Source: Nocardioides sp. (GTDB lineage Bacteria > Actinomycetota > Actinomycetes > Propionibacteriales > Nocardioidaceae). Taken from it: 64,000 nt of DNA. The stretch spans positions 22,033-86,032 of the forward strand of contig JBOFLE010000037.1 in the NCBI GenBank assembly GCA_051657705.1, given 5' to 3'. This document shows, in pieces, positions 50,671 to 60,953 of this stretch; position 1 is the stretch's first letter; each line of letters opens with the position of its first letter. The position numbers and the translations under genes were made by a program. A model generated the notes under the pieces. It searched no databases. It worked only from the letters and a program-made list of their open reading frames with translations, and was not told where the DNA came from.

Positions 50671-51279
50671 TCAGAGAGTCACGGGCTTCCAGGAGGGCCG
50701 GGTTCGCTCGAAGGCCGAGATGTCCGCCTCGTGACCGAGGGTGATACCGATGTCGTCGAGGCCCTCGAGGAGCCGCCACCGGGTGTAGTCGTCGATATCG
50801 AAGGACTCGGAGATGACGTCCCAGCTCTGTCCCGGAGCACCGGCGGAGATCGTCCGTGCCGCCAGGTCGACGGTGATCGGAACGTCGGGTTGTTCCTCGA
50901 TTCGGTCCCACAACCGTTGCACGACCTTCTCGTCCACCTGGGCCGCGAGCAGGCCGGCCTTGCCGGAGTTGCCACGGAAGATGTCGGCGAATCGCGAGGA
51001 GATCACAACTCTGAATCCGTAGTCCATCAGCGCCCACACGGCATGTTCGCGCGACGAACCGGTGCCGAAGTCGGGCCCGGCGACCAGGACCGTGCTGCCG
51101 GCATGGGCCGGGTTGTTGAGCACGAAACCCGGATCCGCTCGCCAGGCCGAGAACAGCCCGTCTTCGAAGCCGGTGCGGGTGACCCGCTTGAGGTACACCG
51201 CCGGGATGATCTGATCGGTGTCGACGTTGCTCCGGCGCAATGGCAGGCCGGTTCCGGTGTGTGTGGTGAACGGATTCAT
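50671..51279 (-). CDS. leuD: 3-isopropylmalate dehydratase small subunit
   Basis: [10 protein letters not shown]; [14 protein letters not shown]; LLEGLDDI. Confidence 0.97.
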   Translation of the reverse strand: MNPFTTHTGTGLPLRRSNVDTDQIIPAVYLKRVTRTGFEDGLFSAWRADPGFVLNNPAHAGSTVLVAGPDFGTGSSREHAVWALMDYGFRVVISSRFADIFRGNSGKAGLLAAQVDEKVVQRLWDRIEEQPDVPITVDLAARTISAGAPGQSWDVISESFDIDDYTRWRLLEGLDDIGITLGHEADISAFERTRPSWKPVTL

Positions 51280-51280
51280 C

Positions 51281-52711
51281 TCATACCTCCGAGCCGACGA
51301 GCGCGGCTCGTTGCCCCAGGTCGGTGGGCGCGGACAAGGTGCCGCGTACGGCGGTAGCCGCCGCGACCGGTACCGAAACCAGATGCGTCCGGCCGCCTTT
51401 GCCTTGCCGGCCCTCGAAGTTGCGATTCGATGTCGACGCGCTGCGTTCGGCCGGAGCGAGCTGATCCGGATTCATCCCGAGACACATCGAGCAGCCCGCG
51501 CCGCGCCACTCCGCACCGGCGTCGATGAAGATCCGGTCCAGGCCCTCCTCCTGGGCCTGCAAGCGCACCCGCACCGATCCCGGCACGACCAGCATTCGAG
51601 TGCCGTCCGCCACCCGACGGCCTCGCAGGATTCCCGCGGCCAGCCGGAGATCCTCGATCCGGCCATTCGTGCACGAGCCGAGGAACACTGTGTCGACGGC
51701 GACCTCGCGCAGCGGCGTGCCGGCATCCAGGCCCATGTACTCCAGCGCCTGGCGAGCGGCCGCCCGGTCGACCTCGGTCTCGAAGTCTTCCGGATCGGGT
51801 ACCGAGGAACCCAGCGGCGCGCCTTGGCCGGGATTGGTCCCCCACGTGACGAACGGAGTCATCGCGCTCGCGTCGAGCACGATCTCGGCGTCGAAGGCCG
51901 CATCATCATCGGTGACCAGCCTCCGCCAGTCGGCGACCGCCGCGTCCCAGTCGGCGCCGGTGGGCGCCTCGGGTTTGCCCGCGATGTAGTCGAAGGTGGT
52001 CTGGTCGGGCGCGATCAAGCCGGCCTTGGCGCCCCACTCGATGGACATGTTGCAAATGGTCATTCGAGCTTCCATCGAGAGCTCCTCGATCGCTTGGCCG
52101 CGGTACTCCACGATGTATCCCTGACCGCCGCCGGTACCGACGTGAGCGATCAGGGTCAGCACCAGGTCCTTCGCGGTGACGCCTTCGGGAAGGCTGCCGT
52201 CGACGGTGACCGCCATCATCTTGGGCTTCGACTGCGGGAGCGTCTGCGTGGCCAGCACATGCTCGACCTCGGAGGTGCCGATGCCGAACGCCAGCGCGCC
52301 GAACGCTCCGTGCGTGGAGGTATGGGAGTCGCCGCACACGATGGTCGCGCCGGGCTGAGTAAGCCCGAGTTGGGGACCCACGACGTGCACGATGCCCTGG
52401 TCCGGGTCGCCGAGCGCATGGAGCCGTACCCCGAACTCGGCGCAGTTCTTGCGCAGCGTATCGACCTGGGTCTTAGACACCGGATCGGCGATCGGCCGAT
52501 CCCAGTCGATGGTCGGGACGTTGTGGTCTTCGGTCGCCAGCGTCAGGTCCGGGCGGCGCACGGTTCGATTGCTCAGCCGCAGTCCGTCGAAGGCCTGTGG
52601 CGAGGTCACCTCGTGAACAAGATGAAGATCGATATAGAGCAGATCGGGCTCTCCGTCAGCGCGTCTGACGACGTGTTGGTCCCAGACTTTCTCGGCAAGC
52701 GTCTTGCCCAT
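51281..52711 (-). CDS. leuC: 3-isopropylmalate dehydratase large subunit
   Basis: [10 protein letters not shown]; HEVTSPQAF; CGDSHT; GSCTNGR; CSMCLGMN; [11 protein letters not shown]. Confidence 0.98.
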   Translation of the reverse strand: MGKTLAEKVWDQHVVRRADGEPDLLYIDLHLVHEVTSPQAFDGLRLSNRTVRRPDLTLATEDHNVPTIDWDRPIADPVSKTQVDTLRKNCAEFGVRLHALGDPDQGIVHVVGPQLGLTQPGATIVCGDSHTSTHGAFGALAFGIGTSEVEHVLATQTLPQSKPKMMAVTVDGSLPEGVTAKDLVLTLIAHVGTGGGQGYIVEYRGQAIEELSMEARMTICNMSIEWGAKAGLIAPDQTTFDYIAGKPEAPTGADWDAAVADWRRLVTDDDAAFDAEIVLDASAMTPFVTWGTNPGQGAPLGSSVPDPEDFETEVDRAAARQALEYMGLDAGTPLREVAVDTVFLGSCTNGRIEDLRLAAGILRGRRVADGTRMLVVPGSVRVRLQAQEEGLDRIFIDAGAEWRGAGCSMCLGMNPDQLAPAERSASTSNRNFEGRQGKGGRTHLVSVPVAAATAVRGTLSAPTDLGQRAALVGSEV

Positions 52712-52819
52712 ACCGAAATCCTCCTGCATCGTGGGCTCTATCGACCCATCGACTGGGTCTTTCGGCCAAGGAAGACTATAGCCCTTGCATCCCATGATCT
52801 GAGACGGCAGTATTGCCAT

Positions 52820-53539
52820 ATGGACAACTCCAGCGGGGTCGGCGTCCTGGACAAGGCCGCCCTCGTGTTGTCGGCCCTCGAAGCCGGCCCGGCAACCCTT
52901 GCCGGTCTGGTCGCCGGCACCGGGCTCGCCCGACCCACCGCCCATCGTTTGGCCGTCGCCCTGGAACACCACCGATTGGTCTCTCGCGACATACAGGGCC
53001 GGTTCGTGCTCGGACCGCGCCTCTCCGAACTGGCCGCCGCCGCCGGCGAGGACCGGCTGCTTGCCGCCGCCGGCCCGATCCTGGCCAGACTGCGCGACAT
53101 CACCGGCGAATCCGCGCAACTGTGGCGACGGCAGGGCGACCACCGGGTGTGCGTCGCCGCCGCGGAACGGCCCTCGGGTCTTCGTGACACCATCCCGGTC
53201 GGGTCACAACTGACCATGCGGGCCGGCTCGGCGGCGCAGGTGCTCCTGGCTTGGGAGGATCCCGAGCGAATGCACCGCGGCCTGCAGAACGCCGCGTACT
53301 CCGCGACCGCGCTCTCCGGGATCCGCCGCCGCGGCTGGGCGCAGTCTATCGGCGAGCGAGAACAAGGCGTCGCCTCGGTTTCCGCGCCGGTGCGCTCTCC
53401 CAGTGGCAAGATCCTTGCCGCCGTGTCGGTGTCCGGGCCGCTGGAAAGACTCACCCGGCAGCCCGGGCGCATGCACGCCCCGGCCGTTCTCGCCGCCGCC
53501 GAGAGGCTGTCCGAGTCACTGCGCAGATCCACCCAGTAG
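52820..53539 (+). CDS. IclR family regulator (NdgR/LtbR-like), divergent from leuCD
   Basis: [13 protein letters not shown]...ARPTAHRLA...[11 protein letters not shown]...SVSGPLERL. Confidence 0.93.
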   Translation: MDNSSGVGVLDKAALVLSALEAGPATLAGLVAGTGLARPTAHRLAVALEHHRLVSRDIQGRFVLGPRLSELAAAAGEDRLLAAAGPILARLRDITGESAQLWRRQGDHRVCVAAAERPSGLRDTIPVGSQLTMRAGSAAQVLLAWEDPERMHRGLQNAAYSATALSGIRRRGWAQSIGEREQGVASVSAPVRSPSGKILAAVSVSGPLERLTRQPGRMHAPAVLAAAERLSESLRRSTQ

Positions 53540-53548
53540 CAGGCTCAG

Positions 53549-53569
53549 CGTGCTTTGTGACGTCTCGGC
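53549..53569. repeat. Single family A REP unit
   Basis: Reverse complement GCCGAGACGTCACAAAGCACG; the first 16 nt are identical to 23871-23886. Confidence 0.75.
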
Positions 53570-54501
53570 TAGGGGGTCACGGTGATCTTGTTCCCGCCGG
53601 CCCGGCGGGCCGCCGCGAAGGCATCCCCCACTTTGGAGAAGTCGTAGGACGCCCCACGACGGGCGACGATCGTCCCGTCGGCGACCAGACCGACGAGGGT
53701 GGCCAGCCGAGGGCTATCCGGTTGAAGGCCAATGACATGACCGCTCGCGGCATCCGGCAGCGGCGGCAGGTCACCGGGCACCGTGGTGACATAGCGACCG
53801 GTCTCGGCAAGAGCAGCCAGAGCACCGTCCCTTGCCTTCGGTCCCACCAGGTCGATCACCGCCGCGACCGGGCCGACCGCGGCTTTCGCCGCGGTCGCGA
53901 CGTCGGTGTCGTAGTCAACGACATGAGCGGCCCCCAGCCGACGCGCCTCCTCGGAGTCGGACGCGTTCACCGAGGCGACCACCCGCACCCCGTTATGCCG
54001 CGCCAACTGAGTGAGGAAACCGCCGACCGCGCCCACCGCACCCAGGACCAGGATCGAGTCGCCCGCTGAGACCTCCGCGGTGCGCAACGTGAGATCGGCC
54101 GTCAGCAGCGCGACCGGCAAGGTCGCGGCCGTCACCAGGTCCACCCCGGCCGGCACCGGCGCGAGCAGCTCGGCCGGAATGTCCACGAGCTCGGCGAAGC
54201 TGCCGACGCCCATCCACGGCTGCGCGGAGAATCCGAGCACCCGGTCGCCGACCGCCACGCCGGTCACGCCGTCCCCGATCTCGCTGACGGTGCCTGCAAG
54301 GTCCCAGCCGATGGTCTGCGGCAACACCGCGCTTCCTCCCACGGCCGTGAAGAAGCCCTGGCTGGACAGGACGTCCCAAGGCCCGATCGATGCGGCGGCG
54401 AGTTCGACCACGGCCATGCCTGGTCCGGCGTCGGGCGGCTCGATCTCCGCCACCTGTAACGCCGACGGGCCCTCGAACGAGGTCAATCGAATGGCTCGCA
54501 T
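53569..54501 (-). CDS. NADP-dependent MDR (quinone) oxidoreductase
   Basis: MRAIRLTSFEGP; GWDLAGTV; GDRV; LGAVGAVGGFLTQLA. Confidence 0.88.
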   Translation of the reverse strand: MRAIRLTSFEGPSALQVAEIEPPDAGPGMAVVELAAASIGPWDVLSSQGFFTAVGGSAVLPQTIGWDLAGTVSEIGDGVTGVAVGDRVLGFSAQPWMGVGSFAELVDIPAELLAPVPAGVDLVTAATLPVALLTADLTLRTAEVSAGDSILVLGAVGAVGGFLTQLARHNGVRVVASVNASDSEEARRLGAAHVVDYDTDVATAAKAAVGPVAAVIDLVGPKARDGALAALAETGRYVTTVPGDLPPLPDAASGHVIGLQPDSPRLATLVGLVADGTIVARRGASYDFSKVGDAFAAARRAGGNKITVTP

Positions 54502-54614
54502 GCAGTGCTCCTCACATCGTGATCGCCGTTGCCGTCGATAGCCAACCGGAGTAGGGTCAGATCGACAAGTACGCACTTTCTTGTCCCTATCTCCTGAACG
54601 AGAGATGCATAGAG

Positions 54615-54980
54615 ATGACCGGAGCCGAGTCGTGGCCGGACCCGTACCAGGCCAACTGCCCCTCACGGCAACTGCTCGACCTGATCGCCGACAAGTGGTC
54701 GGTGCTCGTGCTGTCGGCTATCGCGGACGGGATCGAACGAAACGGCGGGCTTCTGCGATCTGTCGGCGGAATCTCGCAGAAGTCGCTGACCCGCACGCTA
54801 CGGGACCTCGAACGTAACGGCCTGGTGGCGCGGCGGGACTACCAGGAGATCCCACCACGAGTGGAGTACACGCTGACCGAGGTGGGCGAGAGCATGCGGC
54901 CGGTCCTGCGGGCGATGTGTCAATGGTCGATCGAGCACATCGATGCGGTGTACGCCGCCCGGGCACGCTACGCCGGCTAG
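54615..54980 (+). CDS. HxlR family winged-helix regulator
   Basis: CPSRQLLDLIADKWSVLVL...ISQKSLTRTLRDLERNGLV...PPRVEYTLT. Confidence 0.93.
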   Translation: MTGAESWPDPYQANCPSRQLLDLIADKWSVLVLSAIADGIERNGGLLRSVGGISQKSLTRTLRDLERNGLVARRDYQEIPPRVEYTLTEVGESMRPVLRAMCQWSIEHIDAVYAARARYAG

Positions 54981-55213
54981 ATGATCTATTCCTGCCGGTG
55001 TGACTGGTATGTGGAACGGGGCCGATGGCGCCTCGGAGTCGGTGTTGCTAAGCCAACCAAAGCTCTGGAGGCCTGGTGGGCACCGATCTGGACCCCAGAG
55101 GGACGCGTTTTCGCTCTAGAGCTCCCGTGGTAGCGGGCGTCGCCAAACCAATCTTGGCCGCGCCGGCGGATAATGAACCTTGCCGTCACGTAGGCAGTTG
55201 TGGGGCCGTCTAC

Positions 55214-55260
55214 TCACTCCGATGAAGACCGGCGTCACCATCGAGAGGGGTTTTTTCTTT
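55214..55260 (+). terminator. Putative intrinsic terminator
   Basis: CTC-CGATG...CATCG-AGAG stem followed by GGG and TTTTTTCTTT. Confidence 0.5.
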
Positions 55261-56036
55261 CAGCTTGCGTCGGCCCGAACGAGCCGGGCGCCGCCGGCGA
55301 GCACGGCGCCCAGGCCCCAGAGCGCGAGGGAGACCCGGGCATCGGTGGCGGTGAGTCCAGCCGGTCCCTCCTCGATGATGAGCCTGCGCACGCTCGTGCC
55401 CGGCAGCATCGCGACGAGATCACCGGCCCAGGCGACCGGGAGGTTTCCTACCAGGAGCGGCAAGACCAGCAGCAAGCCGATCACAGCGACCAAGGCGCCG
55501 GCGGTGCTACGGGTGAGCAGACCGAGCCCCACCGCTAAGAGCGCAACCAGGGGGTACACCACGCCGAGGGCGCCGATCATGGCCGATGCCTCGGCCCACG
55601 GAAGAACGCCAACTGGGGCGACTCGGGTGACGAGCACGATACCGAGAAGCATCGGCGCCAGGCCGCACGCTGTCACTGTCAGAACCACCGCGACGGTGCG
55701 AGAGAGAAGGAGGATCCCGCGGCGAGGGCTCCATTGCATGGTCGGCATGATGCTGCCGGTGGCGTAGTCTGCGGTCGCACCCGTCGCGGCCAGAGGAATC
55801 AGGCCCAGCAGTGCGAACATCCCCACTCGTCGGAGGGGGATCCAGGCCGCTTCCCCGTCCCGGGCCGGCCCGCTGGTATCGGAGGTGAAGCCCACGAGCA
55901 GGCAGATGCCGATGACCCCGAGCGCCAAACACGACGTGACGATCCAGGTCGACCGCAAGGTCCAGAGTCGGGCCCGTTCGGCTCGGATCGTGCGCCCGAG
56001 GACGGCCAGAGTGGAAGGCTCGGCAATCGTGGTCAT
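55260..56036 (-). CDS. ABC-2 type exporter permease
   Basis: IRAERARLWTLRSTW; DYATGSI...PRR; LGLLTRSTAGA; about 6 TM segments. Confidence 0.85.
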   Translation of the reverse strand: MTTIAEPSTLAVLGRTIRAERARLWTLRSTWIVTSCLALGVIGICLLVGFTSDTSGPARDGEAAWIPLRRVGMFALLGLIPLAATGATADYATGSIMPTMQWSPRRGILLLSRTVAVVLTVTACGLAPMLLGIVLVTRVAPVGVLPWAEASAMIGALGVVYPLVALLAVGLGLLTRSTAGALVAVIGLLLVLPLLVGNLPVAWAGDLVAMLPGTSVRRLIIEEGPAGLTATDARVSLALWGLGAVLAGGARLVRADAS

Positions 56037-56950
56037 GCGCGCCGCTCCTTCGTCGTGCCCTGAACCTCGACGTCGTGCTCGGTGAGCCGCAGGTAGGCAT
56101 CTTCGAGAGATCGATCCACATTGCCCAGGCTGTGGACGGCGACCCCCAGCGCGCGGGCTCGGTCGCCGACCTCAGCCGCCGTGAGTCCCTCGACGTCCAA
56201 CTCCTCCGGGCCAACACGTTCGAGCGTGGCACTGCCCGACAGAGCGCGCGCGAGCTCGTCCGCGGCCGGCGTCTGCACGCGAACTCGTGCACCCCCTGCT
56301 CCACGGAGCATCTCCTCGATCGTCACGTCCGCGACCAGCCGCCCACGCGCGATCACTATCAGGCGGTCAGTGATCGTCTGCATCTCGCTCATGAGGTGAC
56401 TGGAGACGAACACCGTGCGACCTTGGTCCGCCAGGCCACGCAGCAGCGCCCGGATCCACCGCACGCCATCGAGATCAAGGCCATTCATCGGCTCGTCGAA
56501 GATCAACACCTCCGGCTTCGCGAGGATTGCCGCGGCGATGCCGAGCCGCTGACGCATGCCGAGGGAATACCCCTTGATTCGGCGGCCGGCGGATTCGCGC
56601 AGGCCTACCTGCTCGATCACCTCCTCGACCCTGACGCCGGCTATCGCGTGGGTGCGGGCAGCGATCCGCAGATGGGCCCGACCGGTCCGGCCGGGGTGCA
56701 TCGCACCAGCGTCGAGCATCGCGCCAACATGGTAGAGCGGAGCACCCATCCGCGCGTAGGAGCGTCCGTTCACCAAAGCGACACCGCAAGTCGGCCGGTC
56801 GATGCCCAACACCAGCCGCATCGTCGTCGACTTACCGGCTCCGTTGGGTCCGAGGAAGCCAGTCACAATTCCCGGCTCGACGTCAAAGGAGACGTCGTCA
56901 ACGGCCCGGACACCGCGATAGTCCTTGGTCAGGCCCCGGACACTGATCAT
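56033..56950 (-). CDS. ABC exporter ATP-binding protein
   Basis: GPNGAGKSTT; YSLGMRQRLG; FDEPMNGLD; SSHLMSE. Confidence 0.95.
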   Translation of the reverse strand: MISVRGLTKDYRGVRAVDDVSFDVEPGIVTGFLGPNGAGKSTTMRLVLGIDRPTCGVALVNGRSYARMGAPLYHVGAMLDAGAMHPGRTGRAHLRIAARTHAIAGVRVEEVIEQVGLRESAGRRIKGYSLGMRQRLGIAAAILAKPEVLIFDEPMNGLDLDGVRWIRALLRGLADQGRTVFVSSHLMSEMQTITDRLIVIARGRLVADVTIEEMLRGAGGARVRVQTPAADELARALSGSATLERVGPEELDVEGLTAAEVGDRARALGVAVHSLGNVDRSLEDAYLRLTEHDVEVQGTTKERRA

Positions 56951-57192
56951 GCCGACACCGCACCCCCTCTCAGGGAGTCGCTTGTGTGGTCAGGCTCCCA
57001 GCGCAGGATGTCCCCAGGCTGACACTCCAGCACGGAACACAGGGCGTCCAGCGTGGAGAACCGCACCGCCTTTGCCCGCCCGTTCTTGAGAACGGCCAAG
57101 TTGGCGGGTGTGATGCCAATCCGCTCGGCCAGGGCACCGACCGGCATCTTGCGTCGCGCGAGCATCACGTCGATGTCGACCACGATCGGCAT
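56947..57192 (-). CDS. XRE/Cro family regulator (YozG-like)
   Basis: MPIVVDIDVMLARRKM...GITPANLAVLKNGRAKAVRFSTLDALC...CQPGDIL. Confidence 0.92.
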   Translation of the reverse strand: MPIVVDIDVMLARRKMPVGALAERIGITPANLAVLKNGRAKAVRFSTLDALCSVLECQPGDILRWEPDHTSDSLRGGAVSA

Positions 57193-57698
57193 CAGATGAC
57201 CTCATCGAGCTCGGACCGCAGGTGCCTGGTCTCCAAATCGAGGGCGACCGCCTGGGCAAGGAGCATCCGCATCACCAGCACCACCAACGCGACGCCGGCC
57301 AAAACCAGAGCAAGCCCGCCGACAAGGACAACCAGGCCCGGCGCGTCGTCACCGCCCGGAGGCGTCTCGCGATTCTCGAACCAGACCCCACCCGCAGCAA
57401 CCAACACGAGCATCGCCGCAACCGCAAGTGAACCGATGACTCCATCGACAAAGGGAAACGCACGATGCGAAAACACCGTGCCTAGCCGGACCATCGTCAA
57501 GAGTCGCCAGATGCACCCACCGATCACCTGCAAACAGCCCACACCCAACACTCCAACGACGGCGAGCGCCACACCCACCGCCGTTGTCGTGTCCTGATCG
57601 AACGGCAGGAGAGCAGCCATCGCCACCTGCACGATCACAGACCCCACCAATGCCACGGCGATGACCACGCGTAAGACCAGCACCACACCTCGACCCAT
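57192..57698 (-). CDS. DUF2975 family membrane protein
   Basis: CIWRLLTMVRLGTVFS...RMLLAQAVAL...LRSELDEVI C-terminus; TGATG overlap with the XRE gene. Confidence 0.85.
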   Translation of the reverse strand: MGRGVVLVLRVVIAVALVGSVIVQVAMAALLPFDQDTTTAVGVALAVVGVLGVGCLQVIGGCIWRLLTMVRLGTVFSHRAFPFVDGVIGSLAVAAMLVLVAAGGVWFENRETPPGGDDAPGLVVLVGGLALVLAGVALVVLVMRMLLAQAVALDLETRHLRSELDEVI

Positions 57699-57745
57699 AT
57701 CCGCCCCCAGCACACTTGAACTACTCTATCGAATAACAACCTATA

Positions 57746-57764
57746 TCTACCGATAAACGGTAGA
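57746..57764. promoter_or_regulatory. Putative XRE operator TCTACCG-ATAAA-CGGTAGA
   Basis: Perfect 7-bp inverted repeat 17 bp upstream of a TAGAGT -10 candidate (57723-57728), in an AT-rich stretch. Confidence 0.55.
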
Positions 57765-57954
57765 CACATTGACGACCTGGCGCAAGACCGGACCAGCCGG
57801 AGCAGATCGACCCGGACGAAGCCGCGGGTAACCACCTTGTGTGCCGCGAGGCGCGGATCGCCGACACGGACCAGATCGAGTCGGTGAAGCAGGCGAGAGG
57901 TCGAGAATGACGGTAACCACGCGAGCGACCCGCCTGGCTACCGTCGTTCTCGGA

Positions 57955-58491
57955 TTAGAAGAGCGCGTCCTGCTCCAGCGAGAGCAGTGCTTGTTTCCGC
58001 CTCAGCCCCCCGGCGTAACCGGTCAGGCTGCCGTCGGCACCCACGATTCGATGACACGGGATGACGATCGGGATCGGGTTGGCGCCGTTGGCGGTGCCCA
58101 CCGCGCGCGAAGCCGCGTTCGACTTCCCCAAACGCCGGGCCAGCTCGCCGTACGAGACGGTGTGCCCGTAGCCGACCTTGCGCAGCTCGGACCACACCCT
58201 CGACTGAAACTCGCTGCCCGACGGCGCGAGCGGCAGGTCGAACTCCCGGAGCTCCCCGGCGAAGTACGCGGCAAGTTGCTCTCGCCCCGCGACCAGTACC
58301 GGGTCGTCGTCAGTGCGGTCGCCGGCCGGCCGGCCGGCCGAGCGGATCAGCGCCTTGACCGCGGACGCCGTGCCTGGTCCGGCTTCCGGAGCGTTCCAGG
58401 TGGCCGAGTCGTCGAACTCGATCGCGATGATCGCCCCCCGGTTGGCGACGATCCGAAGGTCGCCGATCGGTGAATCCACGATGCTCCACAT
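57955..58491 (-). CDS. ogt: Methylated-DNA--protein-cysteine methyltransferase
   Basis: SPIGDL; QLAAYFAG; VSYGELA; SRAVG; NPIPIVIPCHRIVG active site. Confidence 0.96.
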   Translation of the reverse strand: MWSIVDSPIGDLRIVANRGAIIAIEFDDSATWNAPEAGPGTASAVKALIRSAGRPAGDRTDDDPVLVAGREQLAAYFAGELREFDLPLAPSGSEFQSRVWSELRKVGYGHTVSYGELARRLGKSNAASRAVGTANGANPIPIVIPCHRIVGADGSLTGYAGGLRRKQALLSLEQDALF

Positions 58492-58493
58492 GC

Positions 58494-60044
58494 TCAGATC
58501 CTCTCAAGTGTCGCCGACTCGGGGTCGATGGTCAGTGAGTTCCACAGGTACATCAGCGCATAGGAACGCCAGGGGCTCCACCGCTCGGCGACCGATGCGG
58601 CCGAGCCCGGGGCAATCCCCTTGGCCGCGAGCGCGTGCCTGACTCCTAGATCGGTGGTCAAGAACACGTCAGGATGCCCGAGGGCTCGCATCGAGACGTA
58701 GTCCGCGGTCCACGGACCGATGCCCGGCAGCGCCAGCAATCCACGACGCACCTCTTCCCGGTCCGCTCCGCGGTCCAACGTCAGGTCTCCCGAGGCCAGC
58801 GCCGTACACAACCCCACCAGGGCGCGTCCCCGGGCGGACGGCATCGGCAGGCCCGACGGATCCAGTCCGGCCAGCACCTCGACCGAAGGGAACAGCCGAG
58901 TGGGTCCCGGCACCGACTCGCCGGGCGGTACGGCGGAGCCCGCGGCCGGGTCGACGAGTTCGCCGTGCTCTGCCGTGAGCCTGCCGGCCAGGGTCCGCGC
59001 CGCGGCCACGCTGACCTGCTGTCCCAATACCGCACGCACGGCGATCTCGTTGCCGTCGACATGTCCGGGCACCCGGAGGCCGGGCGTCCCCACGATGTCG
59101 CCGGCCAGCACCGGGTCGGCCGCCAGTGACTCGGCCACCGCCACCGGATCGCAGTCGGCGTCCAGCAGACGGCGAACTCGTTCGACCGCCGCCGCGGTAT
59201 CGCGAAGATCAGTGAGCCGGAAGCGCGCCCGGACGAAGGCCGTGTCCCGCATCGTGGCCTCATGCGGCATCACCAGGCGCACCACACCCGAACCATGCGG
59301 CAGGCGCAGGGTACGCGAGTACGCCGCCCGTTCGACGGCGCCGACAGACTCGACGTCTACCGACTCGACCCCCGGAATAGCGCGCGAGGCCAGGAACCGG
59401 AACAACGCGTCGCCGGCGTACGGCGTGCGGACAGCGAGTCTCAAGTCGAGCGTGCCGGTGGCATTCGCGGCCCCCCGCCGACCACGCAGGTCACGTGGCG
59501 CGGCCGCGTACACCTCGCGAATGGTGTCGTTGAACTGTCGTACGCTGGAGAATCCGGCCGCGAACGCGACATCCACGAAGGCCATCGCGGTCGACTCGAT
59601 CAGCGTGCGCGCCGTCTGCGCGCGGCGTGCCCTCGCCAGCGCGAGCGGACCCGCGCCCAACTCGTCGGTCAGGACCCGGGTCAGGTGGCGCGAGGTATAC
59701 CCCACGCGGCCGGCCAGTCCCTCGACCCCTTCCCGGTCCACGATCCCGTCCGCGATCAGTCGCATCGCCCGGCCCGCCGCGTCGGCCGCCACATCCCAGT
59801 CCGGACTGCCCGGCGTGGCGTCGGGAGAGCACTTCTTGCAGGCCCGGAAGCCGGCGGCCTGAGCCGAGGCCGCACTCCGGTGGAAGATCACGTTGTGTCG
59901 AGCCGGCGTCCGTGCCGAACACGACGGCCGACAGTAGATCCCGGTCGTCTTGACGGCAGTGTAGAACATGCCGTCGAACCTCGAGTCGCGGCTCGACATC
60001 GCCTCGTAACAGGAGTCGGGATCCAGTGTCCGAGCGAGCGCCAT
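58494..60044 (-). CDS. alkA: Ada-AlkA fusion (Ada zinc domain, AraC HTH, 3-methyladenine glycosylase II)
   Basis: GIYCRPSC...FRACKKC; FSSVRQFNDT; AVRAVLGQQVSV; LPGIGPWTADY HhH motif; PWRSYA. Confidence 0.94.
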   Translation of the reverse strand: MALARTLDPDSCYEAMSSRDSRFDGMFYTAVKTTGIYCRPSCSARTPARHNVIFHRSAASAQAAGFRACKKCSPDATPGSPDWDVAADAAGRAMRLIADGIVDREGVEGLAGRVGYTSRHLTRVLTDELGAGPLALARARRAQTARTLIESTAMAFVDVAFAAGFSSVRQFNDTIREVYAAAPRDLRGRRGAANATGTLDLRLAVRTPYAGDALFRFLASRAIPGVESVDVESVGAVERAAYSRTLRLPHGSGVVRLVMPHEATMRDTAFVRARFRLTDLRDTAAAVERVRRLLDADCDPVAVAESLAADPVLAGDIVGTPGLRVPGHVDGNEIAVRAVLGQQVSVAAARTLAGRLTAEHGELVDPAAGSAVPPGESVPGPTRLFPSVEVLAGLDPSGLPMPSARGRALVGLCTALASGDLTLDRGADREEVRRGLLALPGIGPWTADYVSMRALGHPDVFLTTDLGVRHALAAKGIAPGSAASVAERWSPWRSYALMYLWNSLTIDPESATLERI

Positions 60045-60093
60045 GTCCCAATTCTGACCATGTGACCCGGCCCTGGCTAGCGGAAATCAGACA

Positions 60094-60825
60094 TCACGAT
60101 CGGCTCGACCGAGTATTCGCGGTCTTCGCGCCCGCGCGATAGGCACCGGGAGTCAGACCGGTCTGGGCGCGAAACACGCGGGTCAGCTGGCTCTGGTCGT
60201 AGAAGCCGCACGCGGTCGCTATCTCGGCAAGCAGCTGATCCGTGGTCGCCAACAACGTCGCCGCGTGATCGATGCGCAGCCGTTGCACGAACTGCTTCGG
60301 ACTGACCCCCAGGGTGCGCCGCACGACCCGCTCGAGCCCTTGTGTCGACATCGAGGCGATGACCGCTAGTTCCTCGACGCGAATCGGGGTGGCGAAGTGG
60401 GCTCGGGCGTAGTCGATCGCACGGCGCACCCCAGGACCCTCGTCACCGCTGCGCGACAGGTTGGCCTCGACCGACACCACCGACAAGACCGTGCCGACCT
60501 GTTCGCCGGCCGATCCCACCAGTCGCTTGCTGGTCAGGAACCACCTCTCGCCGCCGTCCGGTGAGGCGATGATCTCGAACTGGAACCGCACCGGCCGGCC
60601 GGTGGTGAATACCGCTCGGTCCTGGGCGACGTAAGCCGCGGCGAGCGGCGCCGGGAACAGGTCCGTCGCGCGCCGGCCCACCACCTCCGCCGCCGAACGC
60701 ACACCGGCGCGGCGCACGAAGCTGGCGTTGGCCGCCAGATAGCGACCGTCGGAGGCCTTGAGACAGAACATCACGTGCGGGAGGTCGGCGAACACCGCGA
60801 CCAGGTCCCGGGTCGAGGAGTCCAC
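60094..60825 (-). CDS. AraC family regulator with N-terminal PAS domain
   Basis: VMFCLKASDGRYLAAN...VVGRRATDLFP...YVAQDRAV (PAS); IATACGFYDQSQLTRVF (AraC). Confidence 0.88.
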   Translation of the reverse strand: MDSSTRDLVAVFADLPHVMFCLKASDGRYLAANASFVRRAGVRSAAEVVGRRATDLFPAPLAAAYVAQDRAVFTTGRPVRFQFEIIASPDGGERWFLTSKRLVGSAGEQVGTVLSVVSVEANLSRSGDEGPGVRRAIDYARAHFATPIRVEELAVIASMSTQGLERVVRRTLGVSPKQFVQRLRIDHAATLLATTDQLLAEIATACGFYDQSQLTRVFRAQTGLTPGAYRAGAKTANTRSSRS

Positions 60826-60953
60826 TCCCCTATTGTGCGCCGGGCTGCCCACCTCGTCCGGACCGGCGGCATCCCGGCGGATTGGACGAATACCCCACCC
60901 GAACGGATCGCTTCGTGCAAGACCCAGAGAGCACGGCGCGGGTTTGATGAATC

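Noticed and set aside
54980-55260. tRNA fragment or att site at the edge of the accessory region
   Set aside because: I could not identify a cloverleaf, T-loop or CCA end, or a matching direct repeat.
57955-60044. Ada-AlkA/Ogt as a novel system
   Set aside because: This architecture is the known actinobacterial adaptive response to alkylation.
60870-60925. Direct-repeat AraC binding sites in the putA promoter
   Set aside because: The best pairing I found was about 10 of 20 identical, too weak to call.
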